Positions 35,064 to 41,452 of a stretch of 41,452 nucleotides of DNA are shown here, one piece after another. The first letter of the stretch is position 1; each line of letters opens with the position of its first letter. Source of the stretch: Toensbergia leucococca (Eukaryota); contig JALDZS010000199.1 in NCBI GenBank assembly GCA_022813965.1, positions 1-41,452 of the forward strand, read 5' to 3'. Both the position numbers and the translations under genes were made by a program. The notes beneath the pieces were generated by a model, which was given only the letters and a program-made list of their open reading frames with translations, did no database searches and was not told the DNA's origin.

Positions 35064-37395
35064 TCATCGATGACTGAAATCCTCGAATGATCGTGCTAGC
35101 AGATCTAGAGGTCGAGAGCCGTTAGGGAAGATATTCCGGTCGTTGGCTTGAACCGCGTAATGTCTTTTGTCAAAGGAGATCACCTTTTCCATACTGCCTT
35201 GCATTCCAGACGTACCAGATGTCGTGAGCAATATTTTAAAGGTATTATCTGAAGTCGCGTAATGATCTCGGAGTACTTCAAGTAGCTCTGCACATGCCCA
35301 AGCACCGGGCCCTAGGTCAACTATGCTTAGGCCGTCAATCACACATAAAAGCAGTGGCATGGGAAAACATCGAAGAAGGCCTTGAAAGAGATCGAGGGCA
35401 TTGTCCCAGGTATCCATGCTCCCATCGAGGAGCTCAAACCTTTTCGCGCTCAGATCTATCCCCGCCTCAATATCTGGCGCCATTTGCTCAATCAGTTGCA
35501 GTATGAGGTCATATAAAAGACCAATCAGAGCGTCTTCCTCTCGCGAGTGCGAATTGGTAGGGTCTCCATAACGTGGAAGTCGACAGAGATGAGAAATTAG
35601 GGGTAATTCTAATTTGGTGGCAGCGGAGATCATACTCCCTGATGCAAACGACATGTTCGAAGGCGATAAATGGTCTTTAGGCCCAATGATCCAGAGGAGG
35701 TGCGATGTTGGAGCCGCAATCCAAAGTTGTAGTTTGGTAACAACCAAACTCTCTGCAAAAGTTGGAAGGGAGTTCATAATGTCACGATTTTCGTAACCTA
35801 TTATGAAGTCTTCTAGATGTGCAGAGCTCTCGAGCACTTCGCTCTTCAAGAATGTCTGCTCTATTAGTGAGGGATTCTCAGAGGACTCAGAGATATATCC
35901 ACCCCCATCAGAGCTGGAGCTCTCTGCTGATGAAGAGATTTGTAGAAGGTCCACTTGTCTTTCGGTTGTCGCAGTAATGATTTTATTGTTGTTGAAGATG
36001 TCAAGCAAGGCACTGTTCAATTTAAAGGCAACTTGGGCTTGGTCTTCGAGTAATCCAAGTCTCCTCTCCCATCGCTCGTTTTCAAGCCGCCTTTGCTCTA
36101 GCAACATTTCGTTTTCTCTTACCAACGCCAAATTACTTTCTGACAACCTCGAGAGACTAGCCCCGTTGTTCTGAGCTATAGCCCCATGACTCTGGACTAC
36201 TGATAATGTCATTTGAGCAACGTTGTAGGTGTCTTCGCCAGTGAGCCTAATGTCCCGAGCTTCCGCCAGGCCGCAAGCTTGAGCACGAGCTCGAATGTTA
36301 CCGCAAGATTTTTGAATTCCTACCACGCGCTCTTTCAAGGAGTCATAGAGACCTTGGTTGAAGGCATTCCCAAACTTTGCTACCAGTCATTAGTACGGTC
36401 TGGTTGCACAGAGGCGTCCACGTCCAACCAGCTAGGCTGTCTTACACGAGCTATTGGAAGACCACCACTCCATTGCGAAGCGTAAGAACTCGAAAATCTG
36501 AGCGTAGAGGCTAGAGATGAGCCGCCGCATATCCTCGGTATTCATAATGTCTACAATCAAGTCCACATTGATGACGTGATCCGAAACCTCTTTCCAGGCA
36601 CGGGAAAATTCCTCAGCAATTTTAAGATGGTACACTGAAGCCTAATTTCGCAATCAGTAAGATCCTAGCTGCTGGAGAGGCTACTTGTACCTGAATCAAC
36701 ATCTTTAAACTGCCGCAGAGCACGGCGACGTATTCGTTCTGACTGGGGAAGAAATCGAAGACTGCATTATGCGAGTCTAGTGTCTGGCAGACTTTGTGAA
36801 AGGTGGACTGAACCTGTGCGACACAAGATATCAGGGACAATTCCACTATCGTAAGACATGGCGAGATAGTCCTCAGATTCTGTGTAATACCTTTCCACCT
36901 AGCAGGCGGTCCTTCATTACCCAATCGCTCTCGTAATCCTTGACGGTATTCCAGACATCTTGCCAGTCATCGACAACGGTATCTTGAAGATGGTCATCCA
37001 ACCTAGCGGTAGTGGTAGGCTTCTTGCTGAAGAATCGACGTGATTTCTTGGAGGGTTTGTTATGAAGCTTTTGCTGAAAGGTTGACCAAGCTTCCCGCAA
37101 GCGTTCGCGCTGTATTTCAGCATCATCGAAGATCCTACAAGCCAACAACTGTCAGAATCTGCCGCATGGTAATTGTGCTTTTTGGCATGAATTACCTCGC
37201 TTTCTCATCCGAGTCCTGATAGAGAGTCTTATTTGGTCTCCGGATGCTAGTCGTAGTATCCCGAGGCTTCTCGACGACTATCGGGTAGCGTTGAACAGCG
37301 ATCTCGAGTTCGTTGGCTCCATTTAGTTCGTCTGTATATCTCCGTACCATCTGTCGTCCCTCAAGATCAACATCATCGGGTTCAGAGTGATCCAT
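35064..37395 (-). CDS. Multi-exon NACHT-like protein: helical N-terminal domain, coiled coil and a degenerate NTPase domain lacking Walker A
   Basis: ATG 37395 (MDHSEPDD), intron 37135-37195, then exons encoding FHKVCQTLDSHNAVFDFFPSQNEYVAVLCGSLKMLIQ and ASVYHLKIAEEF..LYAQIFEFLRFAMEWW. The final ORF has LLWIIG, LLYDLILQLI, LLCVIDGL and FKILLTT. About 5 exons. Confidence 0.8.
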
Positions 37396-37832
37396 TTTAC
37401 CGTCCCAGGAGGGACTGGAGTAATCATAGATGCTCAGAAGAGATGCGTGATCGTCCAATTCGAAACGTCACTAATGTAGGCGCTAGAATACACCACTCTC
37501 GGGGAGTCGGGGCAATAAGGCCAATTAAAACATCTCATTTATATTGAGGCTTATGCGGCTGAAGATATATTTCTACTTGGAGGGCAGCCGGCCTCTCCGA
37601 AATATATATTCTGATCAAGATGATTCGCAGTACGGACATCCAAGTCAGATGAATTCTGACTTTGTCACCAAAAGGTATGCCACTAATACTCATGATCTTT
37701 CTACACATAAAATGCTGATGTGTCAAGCCATTCTAAGGCTGTGATTGCTGCATTGAGAAACAGGCAAGCATTAGTGCTTGTTATTTCAACTTAACTTCTG
37801 TTCAGCTATACGGCATTTTCCTGCCTTGATCA

Positions 37833-40800
37833 ATGGCACCAAGAGTCGAGTTCAATGAATATGGGGATCGATTGAAGGAATATCCGGCATTGCATGGTGC
37901 AATTCCTGCAGTACCGACTGGTTTGCTTAGTAGTGACGACGCCGAGCTTGACACCGATAAGTCCAAGGTAAGAGGAGTTGTAGGCTTTGTCTTTTCAAAA
38001 CTCATCAGGAATCGTGCCTAGGAATCAAATCGAGCTTCCACCAATGCATTGGAGACGAAAGCGGGCGATGCGAACAGTGCTGGTGCCCAAAGAGATGTGA
38101 TTGATGCCTTGATTGCAACATTTAGGCCCAAGCACTCTCAAGCTTTCTGTAACGGCTGCCAAAAGGTGAGCTGCCTGTCTAAACTTTGATTCTACGATAT
38201 TCAATGGAAGTCAGGATATCTACGGAATTTGCTTCAACTGTGTTGACTGCCACACGCAAGGTGGCTTTGATTTCTGTCCTGAATGTATGGATAATAAGAA
38301 GTACACCCACCCGCCTCACCGATTTGTGGCACTTTACAAGACCGCCGCCATGTTGCGCGATGAGCTTGCCAAAAAGGAAGACGTGGACGGAGGTCACGTA
38401 GATGCATTTCCCGAAACCCTTTCGGAAGCTGACAAGGTTCTTGAGGTGGACCGACCAGTGACATGGGAGCTATATTCCCAATTACTTGATATTGGCAAAA
38501 ACAAGTACATTGCAAAGACGTGCTATACCTACCGCTATTACTCGTCTGAAGGCGACACTGTACTTGCAACGTACCAATACAGCGAACCACAAGATCAGTC
38601 TCGACCTAAAGAGATGAAGAAGCTACCAGTGATCGAGCGAATCCTAGAGGTGACAACGAAGTATCAATCAAATTATCGACCAGATCAAGGCGAATTGGAA
38701 AGAGCTGAACCTAAACAAACCGTGACCAAGCTCAGCATTCACTCGCCCATGGTTCTTGATGCTCTAAGAGCCATAGTCACATACTATCCAGGCTCGAGCC
38801 TTGATGATCAGTCCTTACTAATGATCGAACATCCTTACTGGATGCCTTCACATCATCGCTCGCAGCTTCTGGCCTACAAGAACCAGCATCCATCCACACA
38901 TAGTCAAGAGTACATAGACGAATGCAATACCCACATAGACGAAGTCGTCCGTTGCCTGGATCAGGAGCATCATGACGTATTCAATCAAGTTCGAGAACGG
39001 CTGGAACAGAAAGATCCAGTCATCACCTATGACACCCTATGGCTGCTTTTCCGTCCCGGTGAAACGATCTATGCTCGGGATGGCGCTCACTTGGATCCTT
39101 TCATTGTTGAAGAATTAGATTATCATGAGGGAATGAACCAGGATTTTTCCAAGAAGCGAGAATTTACTATCGCAGCCTGGAATATCGACTCTGACGGCAA
39201 GGATTTTGGGCGTTCGAAAAGAGTCTTTCTGCTTACTTTCTTCAAAGGGGAACAGAAAGTTTCTTCCCTGAAATGTTTTCCTACCAGGTTTCATGTTGAT
39301 CTAGAAGGTGAAGTTCCATTGCGAGAACGATTAATACTTCGAGGTAAGACGTTCCTGGAAATATCCAAGAAACCTAGCTATATGGAGTATACTGGGCTCA
39401 CGATTGATGCTCCAAGAAGAAAGGTTGGCTGCTCTTGGCTACTACATCACGTAGCAAAGTAGCTAATCCTTTCCCTGTGCTTCAGTATCAGCGAACCCGC
39501 GTCATGTGCGATGCCAGCTGCGAGCCGTGGCAGGAAATGGATCGTGAACAGAACGATGACGAGGACAACGAAGATGGAGGGCGAAAGCCAACGAAAAGAG
39601 CTGCCCATATGCCATGGCTCGGCCAATTTGATTTCGAATCTGTCAGCCGTTATCAACAATGCGCTTGTGAGAGCTGTAAAATGTCTTCTGAGGACAACCA
39701 AGAGAGACCACGACCCTATTCAAACTACGATCACATTGATATACAAAGAGTAGACACTCTGACGGACGATCAATATTTTCTTTGTAGTCGTCTAGTCTAT
39801 GGGTTCGTTCTGAAGGAACGTGAATGGCGTATGTAAAGTTTCTCCTTATTCGAAACACAACCGACTCTGGTTTGGACTCCTGTCAGCTTTGAATAATTCA
39901 CTTACCTCAAGCAGATATTCTCGATGTCGAGGGATTCACGGAACCAGAATTCAATGAGGAGGCAATGACTCGTCTGACATTGGATGATACCAAGACCAAG
40001 GAGCTGATCCAAGCCATATGCTATAATTATACGCAAAGGACTTCTCATGATACATATGCAGCCGATTTTATTGAAGGCAAAGGAGAGGGCCAGATTTTGT
40101 ATGTTGAATGTCTTTGGAATCCGTACGACCCTAGAGTCGCTAATTAGTTCTATGGCCTACTGCATGGTCCACCTGGAGTAGGTAAGACGCTCACCGCTGG
40201 TAAGTCATCGGTGCCTGTATAGCATAGTCTCTCGTTCACCAAGGTATAGAATGTGTTGCAGAATTCACAAGACGCCCACTTCTGCCGCTCACAAGTGGTG
40301 ACATTGGCTCGCTGGCAAAGGATGTCGAGCGCAATCTTCGAAAATTCCTAAAAAGAGGCCAGGACTGGAATGCAGTCGTCCTTCTAGACGAAGCAGACGT
40401 GTACCTTGCTACTCGGGACCTTAACAATCTTGAGAGAAATAGCGTCGTCTCTGTCTTTCTTCGAGAAGTAGAATATTATCGAGGTATCCTCTTCCTCACA
40501 ACAAATCGTGTAGGACAATTCGATGAAGCTATAACATCTAGGTAGATGTCAAGTTCTTTGCTAGTTCCAGCAACCCAAAAAGGCTAATATTGTATGCTAG
40601 GATACATTTCTCATTACACTTCCAACCTTTCGACGACAACGCACGAAGGCAAGTATGGACCAACAACTTTGACAAGCTCGAGGAGGACAGAAAGCCGGAC
40701 ATTGAGATCCACTATCACGCACGCCAATACGTAGAAAACGAGTTGACTCAACTAGAATGGAACGGCCGAGAAATCAGAAATGGCAAGCCAACCGCCCGCC

Positions 40801-41164
40801 CTATCCCTTTCCCACATATCTTCTCATCTTCATCTCTAACATGTGAAGCATGGCAGCCTTCCAAACAGCAGTCACACTGGCCATTTACGACACGCGCCAA
40901 AAAGAGCGCAACAAACTCAACAAGAGCGGTCAGAAAGAGAAGCTCAAGGTTGTTCTCAAGAAAGAGCACATCCAGCAAGTCGTCGACATGTCCAATAATT
41001 TCAGAAGCTACATCAACCGCGCTCGCGGGAACGACGCAGCGACTATCGCGCTCATTCATGGGAACCGGGATGATAGGTATGGGCATGAGGAGGAGAAAGT
41101 GGTCAGGGGAACGAGGGGGCATCGGAATCAGAATCCGGGAAATAATAATAGGGGGTTCTCTTGA
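37833..41164 (+). CDS. AAA+ ATPase of the fungal expanded family, with an N-terminal ZZ-type zinc finger; about 9 exons, one splice acceptor apparently broken
   Basis: Walker A HGPPGVGKT (from 40163), Walker B VVLLDEAD, sensor 1 LTTNR, Arg finger SRIH and sensor 2 WNGREIRN. Upstream family motifs ITYDTLWLLFRPG and DFIEGKGEG. Introns at 37968-38021, 38166-38214, 39424-39485, 39829-39914, 40099-40155(?), 40200-40249, 40542-40600 and 40783-40856. Confidence 0.9.
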
Positions 41165-41452
41165 GAGCCATAAGATTAGATTGTAAGCTTTTGTGGTTAG
41201 GGACCAAAGATTTGGAGTCGGACAGGTCCACCATTTGAACAGTATGATTTGTACAAAGTATTGCTCGTACAAAATCACTACTCGGTGATGGTAGATGAGA
41301 ATGGAGAATATGAAGATAGGGATATGAGTACGAGGTCAATTTTTAAAGTATTGCAAATGGCCAACGTAGGAATTTTGAGTCAACGTACCTGAATAGAATC
41401 ATAACAACAACACACTTTTTGATCACTATTCTTCTATTCATCAACACCCTAC

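Overview
Eukaryotic DNA from a filamentous ascomycete (Pezizomycotina). Short GT-AG introns with CTAAC/CTGAC-type branch points split most genes, so the ORF track fragments them; I rebuilt exon structures by eye. The left third (2.0-12.0 kb) holds four adjacent genes that look like a biosynthetic cluster with no backbone enzyme: an MFS amine-type transporter, a Caps_synth/GT32-like glycosyltransferase, a stand-alone EgtD/EasF-family methyltransferase, and a catalase-fold protein whose distal Asn is replaced by Leu as in the ergot enzyme EasC. Next come an intronless protein with a trypsin-like motif layout and a Cys nucleophile, a TetX-like flavin monooxygenase, and a pogo/Fot1 CENP-B DNA-binding domain with no DDE domain. 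The middle is conserved housekeeping sequence: a probable mitochondrial protein, a CCDC47/DUF1682 homologue and MDM34. It is followed by a Zn2Cys6 factor, an AflX/MdpK-like oxidoreductase, a secreted phytase-like esterase and bli-3. The right end is a head-to-head pair: a degenerate NACHT-like protein lacking Walker A, and an AAA+ ATPase carrying an N-terminal ZZ zinc finger hidden across an intron. This pair is a candidate undescribed two-gene immunity-like module. A (ACCTCG)17 microsatellite and recurrent C-rich to G-rich strand-skew switches are also visible. All family calls rest on motif recognition from memory; no database searches were run.
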